From NCBI GenBank assembly GCA_951406725.2, contig OX597820.1, positions 37,262,001 through 37,326,000 of the forward strand: DNA of 64,000 nucleotides, in the 5' to 3' direction. The notes beneath the pieces are model-generated. The model saw nothing but the letters and a program-made list of their open reading frames with translations. It was not told where the DNA came from and searched no databases. A program made the translations under genes and the position numbers. Source of the DNA: Octopus vulgaris. Lineage: Eukaryota. Position 1 is the stretch's first letter. The number at the start of each line of letters is the position of its first letter. Shown here in pieces: positions 26,371 through 37,735 of this stretch.

Positions 26371-27529
26371 ATTCTTTTACCTGATGCGCGATAATTACTA
26401 CTTCGCTCAAGATGGTTCAGCCGTACGTTTTCTCTCTGCTTTTGCGATACGTTATATACCAATGACTATTATTCAGCGTGCCCTTGTTTTTGTTCAATCC
26501 TCCAAACAGTTATGATCAGGATGACTTTTATTAAAAAATGTTCCAGCTGTCTAGGATTATTTTATTCATTGTGTCCACACCCTTTTAAGACTAAAGGATG
26601 CGTTTTTTGAAGGAAATTGCGTGTGTGTGGGGAACACGCTTACATGATGATATACTACTTTAACCCATTAAAGCGCTGGGATTTGCGCTTACATAGCACG
26701 GACTGCTGAGCACATTTTATAAAAATGAGACTACTATGCACACATAAAAAACAAAAAATAGTTAAAATATCTTCTTAGTATATAATGGTGGCAAGTTTTA
26801 TTTCATCTGAAAAATCATTAGTTGAACTATCAGCCTTCTTGCATTCTGGGAGGTATCAGAGCATTTGAGTGACATTAAACCCCAACAAACGCCCATAAAT
26901 TACATGCATCTATCTGGGACACGATCGTTGCCCGTCGCACTTTGTGTTAAGATAGTTTTCAGAAACGAATTTTACATTTAAGATGGAAGGATATTAAAAT
27001 AAATTCAATATTTGGGAAATAATAAAATATATTTGAAATGGTACTACTTAGGAAGAGTGGACCCGACGCGCGCACCCGTGCCAGTAGACGGCTCGCATGC
27101 ACACGCGCAAGTCAGTGGCACCCGCCACATGTATAGATATGCGCAAACTATAAATCCGGTGTGGGGATTTTATCTATCCATCTATTTAATAAAACAAACA
27201 AATTTTGAAATAAAATATTATTGGAAAGTGAACCACCATTCTGAAAGATGCTTTAGAATGTTCTGAAAACATTCACCCTGTTTTCCCCAAATTTTTCCCT
27301 CCAAAGAAACTCAGATAAAAGTTACTGGAAAAATGCAAAACGCAGATTCTAAAGTATGATGGGACTACACAAAATCCCCCTCTCCCGATTTACAGTTTAC
27401 ACATATTTATACATATAGAGGTTTGTTTTTTTGTCACGGGTGTCACTGACTGACGCATCTTGTCCACTCTTCTTAAGTAGTACCATTTGACACTCATGTC
27501 CATTCCAACAATTTAGTAGGCCTCGTTGG

Positions 27530-27960
27530 ACCCCCACCCCCGATTTTTCACAACAGTTTTTTTGGACGTAATTGTAATCTACACCATTTGATATGTATTT
27601 GTAGAAAAATTTATTTAAAAAACTCTCATTTTTCAAGAAGTTATGAAAAAATAAAGTCAGCGGACCAAGGGCACATATGTGTAGTTATGATTCTAACACT
27701 GCCTTTCTCGTTATTTTCTATTTACCACAGACAACCAATGGTAAATAAAAGATAACGAGAAAGGCAGTGTTAAATGAATAATGTTATAGTAGGCAGTGTT
27801 TGAATCATAACTACACATGTGCCCTTGGTCCGCTGACTATTTTTTTCATAATTCTTGAAAAATGAGAGTTTTTTGTAATAAAATTTTCTACAAATACATA
27901 TCAAATGGTGTAGATTACAATTATGTCGAAATTTGTTGTGAAAAATCGGGCGTGGGGGAA
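27530..27960. repeat. long near-perfect inverted repeat (foldback, ~200-bp arms, ~10-nt loop)
   Basis: Arms mirror around TTTACCA-CAGACAACCAA-TGGTAAA (about 27721-27745); the right arm has a short insertion. Confidence 0.9.
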
Positions 27961-28900
27961 GAATAAGTCCTACACCTCAACAAAACATGAAACAAAGGCG
28001 AACTATGTGAATTATCCGAATCCCATCTGCATTTTTTCACATCAAATTCCAACATAATCATAATCTAAACCTTCTGAAATGTATTTGTAGAAAATTGTAT
28101 TTAGAAATACTCATGTTTAAGAAATATATATGAGAAAACAAAGTAGTAGAGTGGGGGCACATATCTAGTTATGCTGTGTTAGAAAGACAGTGGTGGAGTA
28201 GGCGATATTAAACATTGATATGTTAAACAGTGTGCTGTAAGCAATATCAGATGACCAATACACTAATATGGTTGGTAGTGTTACACAAACAGTGATATGA
28301 GAGGTAGCATTATAGACTGGTTTAGTAGGTTACTCTTTGATTTGGAAAAAATTCTATCACCATATTTTCATCAAGTTCCTCAGTTTTAGAAATCTCAAGA
28401 GTTAGTAAAGAGATTGAACAGAAACTAATAATAGCAGCATGATGGGAAAAGCAGTAAAGATAAGTGACTGATAGAAACATGGCTGAAGGTAGGAGAGTGA
28501 GTGATGGATAGCAATAAAGATGGTGGTGTTCAGAGAGAGTGAATGATGGATAGTAATAGTGATGGGTGATTTAAGAGTGGCAGATATCATGGGAAAAGAG
28601 ACTGATGGTTAGTGATAGAGAAGGCTAATGGTAAGGACATATTATGCCATCCCTTGGGCATTGTGATAGCAAAAGAGAGATTAATAATAGTTGATAATGG
28701 AGAGATTGAATGTGGTAAGATAAAATGTCATTACACATGAAGGTGATAGCTAAGATGGTAATGAAGAGGGAAGTGGATAGGGGCAACAAATATGATTGGT
28801 GAAAAACCCAAAATAGACATATTTCACATCCTAAACTCCATCATAACCATTTTTTAATGACTCTGTTTGCATAAGTGAGCCGTCTTTTTCAATGTCATGA

Positions 28901-28937
<37 letters not shown>

Positions 28938-29302
28938 CTAGCAGTATCGCTCGGGTTTGTAAGGGAAATAACTATATAAGCATTTTTAGAGAGTTATAGC
29001 CAAAAGATAGCAAAAAAATGCATTAAAAATTATGGTAATTTTTTTTTTAATCGTTGACTCATCGTAGACATTTTTAGAGAGTTACTTCCCTTATATAATA
29101 GCGAAAAAATGCATTATAATGGAAAAAAATGACGGTAAATTTTTTTTTAAATCGTAGACTCATGCTAATACCCAGAAGGGCTCGATATGAATCACGACTA
29201 TAAGATACCTGGTTTTGGTTAAACTGCACCGCAAAATGTGGGAGTAGTTAGGAATCTAAATCGTAGGAGACAGACACACAACTTCACTTTTATATATAAA
29301 GA
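28938..29302 (-). mobile_element. non-autonomous Helitron-like element
   Basis: Minus strand begins A|TC TTTATATATAAAAG..TGTGTGTCTGTC and ends ..CCCGAGCGATACTG CTAG|T; no TSD. Confidence 0.7.
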
Positions 29303-29402
29303 TATATACATACACATGAAAGAAAGGGTGATGTTTAGATTTTATTTCTTGTGTTAGTGTTTCTATTATAATCCAAATATTTGTAGTACAGAAAATAATT
29401 AG

Positions 29403-29625
29403 AGTGGTGAGTGAGTTGGTAGAATTGTTTCCATGCCAGAAAATATGCTTAGTGGTATTTCTTCTGACTTTACATTCTGAGTTCAAATGCTGCCAGAGTT
29501 GACTTTGCCTTTCATCATTCTGAGGTTGATAAAATAAGTACCAGTTGAGGACTGGAGGTGATTTAATTGACTTACTCTCTCCTCCAAAATTGCTGACTTT
29601 GTACCAAAATATTTGAAACCAATAT
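29403..29625 (+). mobile_element. SINE family B
   Basis: GAGTTGGTAGAAT head, CTGAGTTCAAAT and GTTGACTTTGCCTTTCATC core. Confidence 0.7.
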
Positions 29626-30143
29626 AGAACAGAATTTTTTCAAAGTAAACTGTGAAAAGTAATATTTTAATTCTATTACTAAACAATTCCAAATAAAGTT
29701 TGCATGAACTGGTTACAGTAGTTTAAGGAAGTTTGGAGGCATATGAGTTTCTTCTGTATATGAACTAGGGAACCTGAGGTCTTTAAGAAAAATACAACAT
29801 AGAAACTTGTGTTATTCTTGCATTTTTTAAGGTTTTATTCTTGGATTATTCACACATCAATGACAGATATAAGCCATTTGATTGTGTAGGTTTGACAATC
29901 TATTTTCTATGATATGTTATGTAATTCTTCTACATAGATTTTCAAATTTACACTACTGAATGATTTGTTTTGGATATATATAAACAGTTTAACAGAGAGT
30001 ATGTGCCGTTCTGACCACACTGAGTATGACTGAGACCCAAGGTGTTATAGTCCTACACTTTGGTTATTAATTCTGATTTCAAATACTAAATTACTTTAGA
30101 GTACACTAATAATACATCCTTGTATAGAATTAAAGATAATGTA

Positions 30144-30300
30144 GGCGCGGGCATGGCTGTGTGGTTAGGGAGCTTGCTTCCTAGCTACATGGTTTCGGGT
30201 TCAGTCCCACTGTGTGGCATTTTGGGTAGGTGTCTTCCACTATAGCCCTGAGCCGACCGGAGCTTTGTGATTGAATTCGGTAGGTGGAAGTTACTGCCGT
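30144..30300 (+). mobile_element. SINE family A (5' part)
   Basis: GGCGCGGGCATGGCTGTGTGGTTAGG..GGTTTCGGGTTCAGTCCCAC, a tRNA-like head. Confidence 0.75.
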
Positions 30301-31094
30301 GTGCGTATAGCTGCTCAGTGCCTCTCCGAAAGAGAGAGAGAGAGGGGGAATAATGATGTTTTGTTTTAGTTGTTAGCAATATCAGTGAATGTGACAAATG
30401 ATTGTGATAAAAACAGAATTACTCAAAAACGCATTTGTTGTTGTACATCTGATTGACATAAGTGTACCTTTTGATTCTCATCATATCTCTCATATATTGA
30501 GAGTATCAAGCAGTAAATGAAGGAATAACCACAAGTGTCCTTACATGCCCCACTCCACCTTGCTTCCTGGTACACCCCGTCGGCTGAAGTCATGAGGGCA
30601 AATTAAATATAATTACCTCCCGTTATACATACCTTTAATAGTCAACATCTCAATTCACACTCAAGCTTTCTTACAAAAAAAGTCTGCCTTATCCAATACT
30701 TGGTATTATTTATTCAATATTTCTTGGTCTGTCACTCTGGTTTCCATTTATAATATTACTGTAACTAATATCTTATATATTCAATTTTCATAGAAGACTG
30801 GAGATAAACATCACTTGTATGATGAGTGCAATCATTTACAACCTTAACAAAATGTCACAAGGATGCACACAAATATGTATCGTCATCAGTGTCTAAAGTC
30901 GACTCTTCCATGAATTAGAGGGAATTTGTTGAAGCAGATTTCCTACAGCTGGATGTCTTTCTTGTTGCCAATCCTCACATGTTAATATTTCACCAAACAT
31001 GCAGGAAACAAATGGATATTACTCGTATGATGGTGATGCTGATTTACTATCATCACATGTCAAGACAAGGGTACACTCACACATACATTATATT

Positions 31095-31125
<31 letters not shown>

Positions 31126-31137
31126 CACACATACATA

Positions 31138-31222
31138 CAAGGGGTGTATGAAAAGTTTTGAGCCTTCATCAGAAATCTTGTATCATTTTGTTTTTTTGAG
31201 GCTCAAGACTTTTCATACACAC
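31138..31222. mobile_element. mini mariner-like MITE embedded in (CA/TA)n
   Basis: GTGTATGAAAAGTTTTGAGCC ... GGCTCAAGACTTTTCATACAC inverted repeat. Confidence 0.55.
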
Positions 31223-32047
31223 ACACACACATATATATATATATACACACACACATACATACTCATGATGGGCTTCTTTCATTTTCTGTCCAAGATCACA
31301 TGGTTAGGAAACAAATTTCTCAAACACAATTGATCATATGATGAGCTTCAATCAGTTTCTTTTTAACAAATCCATTCATCAGGTTTTGGTCTGCCTATAT
31401 TAGAAATAATCCTAGAGTTGGTGGTATTGACTAACAACCGCCAAATCACGGGTCTTTTGCCTAATTAAAAAATAATTAGATGTGCACTAAAAAACAGAAA
31501 ACCTTATTGCTGACAATTAACAATACAGAGTGCTCACAGCAAATGAAAAACAACACAAATTAATATTCCAAGGTTTTATTTTAATGAAATTGTATTTTGT
31601 ATAATTCTACAAATTCTCTGATATTGGTGACAGTTTACTCTAAAAGTACTGGAATATTCTAGTAGGCACATTGTCATTTAAAGTTCTGTTTGAACTAATT
31701 TAAATATTATTTTATAATATTTAAGAATATATATATGGTGTTTACACCTAAGCAGAAGGTATTATCACGTATATCATTGTGTTATAACCATATGAGTTGT
31801 GTAAATATTTTTATGATCCTTTAACAGCTATCATATCTCCTTTATAAAAACACATTTTTACAAGGGAGAATATTATGAGAAATTAGAGTTTTACACTACA
31901 ATGCAATGATATATATTTTACTTGCTGTACTCTTAATGCAAATAAAAGAACAAATTTATGGCAAAAGTGATACTATTTGTAAAATTCCTCAACATAGTTT
32001 CTTACAAGAGAAAACATTTGTCATTCAATAACAGTATAATGTAGATG

Positions 32048-33577
32048 TTAGTATAATTTTTCTGTTATGTGAATATGTTTATGCCTAAATAGAGTACCAC
32101 TTTGTGAGAATGTTTTACCACAGATATCACAGTGGAATGGTTTCTCTCCTGTATGAATACGTTTGTGTCGCGATAAATCACCAATCCCAGAAAATGTTTT
32201 ACCACAAATTTCACAATGGTATGGCTTTTCTCCCGTATGGATACGTTTGTGAGAAGATAGATTGCTTTTGGTGGCAAATGTTTTACCACAGATTTCACAG
32301 TGATATGGTTTTCCTCTTGTGTGAAATACTTTATGAGCAGATAAACTATTGCTTTGAGAGAATGTTTCATCACAGATATCACAGTGAAACGGCTTTTTTC
32401 TTGTGTGAATGTATTTATGGGAAGATAAACTACTACTTTGAGAGAATGCTTTGCCACAGATATCGCAATGAAATGGCTTCTCTCCTGTGTGAATACGCAT
32501 GTGCTGAGAGACATAACTACTTGTTGAGAATTTTTTTCCACAGATATCACAGCAGTATGGTTTCTCTCCTGTGTGAATGCGTTTGTGGGTCAATAAATGA
32601 CCATTTTCAGTGAATGATTTGCCACAGACATCACAATGGTATGGTTTTTCTCCTGTGTGAATACGTTTGTGCTGAAATAAATGACCACTTTGTGAGAATG
32701 TTTTATCACAGATATCACAGTGGTGTGGTTTCTCTCCTGTGTGAAAATGCTTATGAGAAGACAAATGACCACTTTGTGAAAATTTTTTACCACAGATATC
32801 ACAGTGGAATGGTTTCTCCCCTGTGTGTATACGTCTATGTCGAGATAACTGACCACTTGCAGAGAATGTTTTATGACAGATATCACAGAGATATGGTTTC
32901 TCTCCTGTGTGGATTCGTTTGTGGGCAGATAAATTACCTGAACTAGAAAATTTTTTACCACAGGTATCACAAATATTTTTTTCATTTGTGTGAATATGTT
33001 TATGGGAAGAAAGATTACTACTCTGAGAGAAAGTTTTACCACAGATATCACAGCAATATGGTTTTTCTCCCGTATGAACACGTCTATGTTCAGATAATTG
33101 GCCACTTTGAGAGAATGCTTTGTCACAGAAATTACAGCGATATGGTTTCTCTCCTGTGTGAATACGTTTGTGTCGGCACAAATGAGAACTTCTAGAAAAT
33201 GTTTCACCACAGATATCACATCGATAAGGTTTCTCACCTGTGTGAATACGTTTGTGTTCAGACAAATGACCTTTCTGAGAGAATGTTTTACCACAGGTAT
33301 CACAGTGATATGGTCTTTCCCCTGTATGAATACGTATGTGTTGAGAGAGCAAACTACTTGTAGAGAACCATTTACTGCAAACCTCACAGTGATACTGCTT
33401 TGACATTGAATGAATTAATTTATGTTGAACTAAATTTTTTCTGGCAATGAATACTTTGCCACATACATCACAAGGGTAGGATTTCTTCCTAGTAATTTTC
33501 TGTGTCTCAATTGCTAATTCAGTATTCTCAGTTTGTGACCCACTGTCAACCTGCTTTCCATTCAATTTCACTTCCAT
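32048..33577 (-). CDS. tandem C2H2 zinc-finger protein (17 fingers)
   Basis: 509-aa ORF with 17 canonical fingers, mostly TGEKP[YF] linkers, and a ~35-aa leader. Confidence 0.96.
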   Translation of the reverse strand: MEVKLNGKQVDSGSQTENTELAIETQKITRKKSYPCDVCGKVFIARKNLVQHKLIHSMSKQYHCEVCSKWFSTSSLLSQHIRIHTGERPYHCDTCGKTFSQKGHLSEHKRIHTGEKPYRCDICGETFSRSSHLCRHKRIHTGEKPYRCNFCDKAFSQSGQLSEHRRVHTGEKPYCCDICGKTFSQSSNLSSHKHIHTNEKNICDTCGKKFSSSGNLSAHKRIHTGEKPYLCDICHKTFSASGQLSRHRRIHTGEKPFHCDICGKKFSQSGHLSSHKHFHTGEKPHHCDICDKTFSQSGHLFQHKRIHTGEKPYHCDVCGKSFTENGHLLTHKRIHTGEKPYCCDICGKKFSTSSYVSQHMRIHTGEKPFHCDICGKAFSQSSSLSSHKYIHTRKKPFHCDICDETFSQSNSLSAHKVFHTRGKPYHCEICGKTFATKSNLSSHKRIHTGEKPYHCEICGKTFSGIGDLSRHKRIHTGEKPFHCDICGKTFSQSGTLFRHKHIHITEKLY

Positions 33578-34419
33578 AATTTTATTTTAATCTTTTCAAT
33601 TCTATCTTTTTTCTTGATAATTTATAAGATGAAAAAAGACTTTCAAATATATTTATTAGAATAGAATCTTGTTAGTAATAACCAGCAACTAAAAGACTCT
33701 TAAATCTGCTCCAATTAGCCAGATATATCTAGATATTAGTCTATACATAATCATCATCAGCGTTTAATGTCCATCTTCCATACATACATGTAAGTTAAGG
33801 CTTCACAGCAAATCTTCAAGTTTAATCTGTACAGAAAATCTTCCAGTAAATATGATTCAAAATATTTATACAAAATCTTAATTTCAAGGAAATATTCTAT
33901 ATCCATTCAACCTAAAGTTATGTTTAATCTTCAAAAGTTGATAACTGTCATCAGACAATCTGAAATAAAAAGGCAACATAAAGCATAAGGAACAGTGAAG
34001 AGTTAACATGAATATTATCGGAGAGGAAATATTTCATTATAAATAAGAATAGCAAGGAAGAGTTAGAACATATTTACGGAGGAAATGCACTCTGCTACAG
34101 AGATGTGGTGGACTGGATGATGATGATTATGGGTGTGGAACTTAAAATGAAAACTTCCAGAAGTGATCAGTAGTCATTAATTATAACAAGCTGTGCAGAA
34201 TGTTACTGAAAGCTTTGCTATTCTTTCATATATAACCACCCCAACACCAATATTATATAGGCTTCCTTTCAAAGAAAACTGGTAAAGCAGTATGTTCCCA
34301 AAATAACTGATATTTAACTCCCATCCTCACCACACACATTTGAAGGCCTGCTTCTTTCACCTGAATTACCACTTTGCTAAATTTCTGACAAATATGCTTT
34401 AGATAGTGTAGATTAGGAT

Positions 34420-34945
34420 ATCGGAATTTCTTGTGAATAAGTTTTCTCCAAGGATGGGGAGAGGAGTTTTGGAAAATTCACACGAGTCGGCTTTGTTTCC
34501 TCATAACTTTCAGATAAATGGTTATTATGAAATTTTCTACAAATACCCTTCAAATTGTATAGATTTCGATTATATCGGAATTTGATACGGAAAAAAAAAT
34601 TGGTGGGCTCGCACACAAATAGAATGGAAACTTGAAATTTCTAACAAAAAATTGTGATGTATGTGTACGTGTCTAATATTTTATTTTTCATTCTAAATTC
34701 CGATGTAATAGTAATCTAAACCATCTGAAGAGTATTTGTAGAAAATTTTATAAAAAATACCCACTTTTCTGAAAGTTATGAGGAAACAAACGCGGCTTGG
34801 GTGAACTTTTGCGAAACTTCTCTCCCAACCACTGAAAAAAGAAATGTTTTATAATAGTAATTTACATCATCTGAAGATTATTTGTAGAAAACCTCATTGA
34901 AACATATCTACTTTCTGGAAGTTAGGAGGAAACAAATTCGCGGGG
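34420..34945. repeat. foldback element (shared ATTTGTAGAAAATT...GAAAGTTATG core)
   Basis: 34486-34550 is the reverse complement of 34730-34797; an extra partial copy sits at 34860-34945. Confidence 0.7.
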
Positions 34946-34969
34946 ATGGACGATAGTTGCATAATAAAA

Positions 34970-35550
34970 GACGTACTGAAATTGATGAAGATATTGATAG
35001 ATAGAGCAGAACTTTTAGGCGGAGGCGGTAAAGGACAATTACTTCTTACAGAATATCTCTATTTTCTTTTTCTGTTTAACACGTTCACAGTCGCGGTTTT
35101 TTACTGCAATTTACCGGTGACGCCACGTATTTCACGTGCTATTGCTTTCAATGTTTAAGGTATTCTTTCGTTTTGAAATGTAAATTTTTTAGCATTTTCA
35201 CAACAGTTCGTAATTAAACTTTAATACTTAACACTGGTGTTATTTAAATATCCTCGAATCCATGTCAAAAATACAGAATAAAATATTTTCTCAAATTATG
35301 AAAACGTACCACCGGTGGTTCATATGGTAATTGTGTGAAGTTTGCGATGGACCGTCGCTGGTACATGTGGCGGTTAACGTGTTAATGAACAATCTCTGAA
35401 GTTAATTACATGATATAATTAGTTACTTATAACACACAATGTAAATACACGTAAAGTAAGAAAAAATATACTTACAAAGTTTATAGTAAAAGTGCGGTTG
35501 ATATACTGGTATGAGAAGAATTCACCTCAAATCAGTAGAGAGTTCTATAC
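34970..35550 (-). promoter_or_regulatory. conserved non-coding 5' module of ZNF gene 3, split by a MITE
   Basis: Reverse strand CTCTCTACTGATTTGAG|GTGAAT, TAATTAACTTCAGAGATTGTTCATTAA, and TTCAG|TA at 34976. Confidence 0.58.
35080..35381. mobile_element. piggyBac-like MITE with TTAA target-site duplication
   Basis: TTAA|CACGTTCAC...GTTAACGTG|TTAA. The flanks rejoin to match the uninterrupted paralogous sequence at 26155-26215 and 2140-2200. Confidence 0.8.
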
Positions 35551-36039
35551 AGGAATAATTCCATTCGAGATTATTTAGTGTAAATATTTTTTACTTAAAA
35601 TTCATTCATTCTAACAGTAGCACACCAAATGCAACTTCTTGTTTGTATAATTTGTCTAAGCCTTTATTTATTTATTTTTTTTACTCAACTCTACATCCAC
35701 TTATCTGTATTATATACGAGATCATCATTATTAGATATGTCAGTGACAAGTATTTATAACAGTCCAAACGGTAAACAGAAAGTAACGGGGGTAAAAAAAA
35801 ACATCGGAATTTTGGTTTTGAAACAAAAATTACAGGATAAAAAGTATTCCGTTTATTTAAACACCGGCAGCCTTTCGTATTATGTACATATAATGGCGGA
35901 CAACAAAGTGAAAAAAATACACGCGCAAAAACTTTGTACGATAAACTTATTTTCATTTCACAGATTCCAACCTACGAAAACAGAAAAGTTATAGTTTTCA
36001 CCGAAAGTAAATATCACGCTATGCATGGAACTTCGCTCT

Positions 36040-36620
36040 GTAAATTTTGATCCTTTCACCGGCACGATTTTCACTAAGAAAGAAAAAAACCTCGGATTTT
36101 TTGCGTGGAATCAAGTATTCTGACCTCCTAATATGCTGCAACTCCTTATTTTTGTTCGGAAAAAAAAGGTGGTGGTGATGGGGGGGGGACCCGACACCCC
36201 ACCCCATATCCCGGAATCGTTGGAAATTTTTTTTTTTTCGTTGAATAAATTCTGGTGACAATATGCTACAAAACCCTTTTTTGGGTCCAGAAAACGGAGT
36301 GGGATGAAGTGGAAACCTCGAAAATTTCACGCCCCCATCCCCATTGATCTTTTCACCCGCACTATTTTCACTAAGACAAAAAATAAAACTCGGACTTTTT
36401 GCATGGAATCAAGTACCCTGACCTCCTAATATGCTGTAGACCCCTTATTTTTGTTCGGAAAAGAAGCGGGGTGGGAAACCGGACCTCCTCCCTCCCTCGT
36501 ATCCCGGAATCATTGGAAATTCCTTTTTTTTCGTTGGCTAAATTCCGGTAACCTCAAAACCATTTTTTGGGTCCGGAGAACGGGGTGGAGTGGAAGCCTC
36601 CGAAATTTCACTCCATCCCC
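36040..36620. repeat. ~296-bp unit in two tandem copies
   Basis: TTGATC(C/T)TTTCACC..GGAATCAAGTA..TGACCTCCTAATATGCTG at about 36047 and 36343; same family at 55905-56475. Confidence 0.85.
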
Positions 36621-36624
36621 ATTT

Positions 36625-37045
36625 TGTGTAGGAAGAGAGAGAGAGAAAGAGTGGGCGACGAAGTTTACCTAAACATCGAATGGGTAACAACCTATCATAA
36701 TAGAATGGTACTTTTTACGTGCAACTGGAACTGGCGCAGCCAATGCCAGTGACATCTGACTGGCCTCCATGCCAGTCACATTTGAAAAGCATCCACTATA
36801 CTCTCGGAGTGGTTGGTGTTAGGCAGGACATCCAGCTGTAGAAACCTTGCCAGAACAGGCTGCAGTCTCATTGCAACCTCCTAGCTTGCCAGTCTTCAGT
36901 CAAATCGTCCAACCCATGCCAGCACGGAAAGCAGACGTTAAACGATGATGATGATGTATAATAATATATGTAATTATTATAAAATGTTACCCATTCAATG
37001 TTTAGGTAAACTGCCCTCCCCCACACTCTCTCTCTCTCAGAATGT
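36625..37045. mobile_element. MITE-like inverted repeat with a nested RTE tail (36705-36957)
   Basis: AGTTTACCTAAACATCGAATGGGTAACA versus TGTTACCCATTCAATGTTTAGGTAAACT; the insert ends in (GAT)n. Confidence 0.7.
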
Positions 37046-37499
37046 ACCCCCCAGCACAGGCTAGTCATTAGTGACTTTAGGCTCAAGGCCAGAAGGATAC
37101 CAAGAAGCAGACCAATCCAGAAAAGAAGGATTTGGAAGCTAAAGAACCCTTCACATGGTCAGAGATTTATAGTAAAGAGTTTGACAGGATACAACAGGTT
37201 TCAAGAATACATCATGCTTCAGTGTTTACTCTGGTGTGATTTCTATGGCCTAATGTCCTTTCTAATGTCAACCACTTAGTGAGGCAGTTTTGTGCTATGG
37301 CACAAGGGGTTAAAGTGAGAGAGAAGGAAACAGAACAGGTTTCTTACTGTAGGAAAACTACACAATTATTCACATGATAGAAGGATTGGAATGGGTGGGA
37401 TGGAGCAGGAAAGCGAGCAAATAGTGGTGATGGTGTATCAAAGTGAACCTTCAAGATACAAGGTGAGTGGAGACAGTAGAACAGGAAGTGTGGGTGAGA

Positions 37500-37735
37500 A
37501 AAAATTTATTTCTTTATTGCCCACAGGGTGCTAAACATAGAGGAGACAAACAAGGACAAAGGGATTAAGTTGATTACATTGACCTCAGTACATAACTGGT
37601 GCTTATTTAATCAACCTCGAAAGGATGAAAGCAAAGTTGACCTCGGGAGAATTCAAACTCAGAACATAACAACAGACGAAATACCGTTAAGCATTTCACC
37701 CGGCATGCTAACAATTCTGCCAACTTGCTGCCTTG
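37500..37735 (-). mobile_element. SINE family B variant
   Basis: Reverse of GGCAGAATTGTTAGCATGCCGGGTGAAATGCTTAACGG..CTGAGTTTGAATT..GTCAACTTTGCTTTCATCC. Confidence 0.7.

Noticed and set aside
31160-31175. Minus-strand CTGATGAAGGCTC resembling a hammerhead start
   Set aside because: Overlaps the TIR of a mini-MITE; the rest of the ribozyme is absent.
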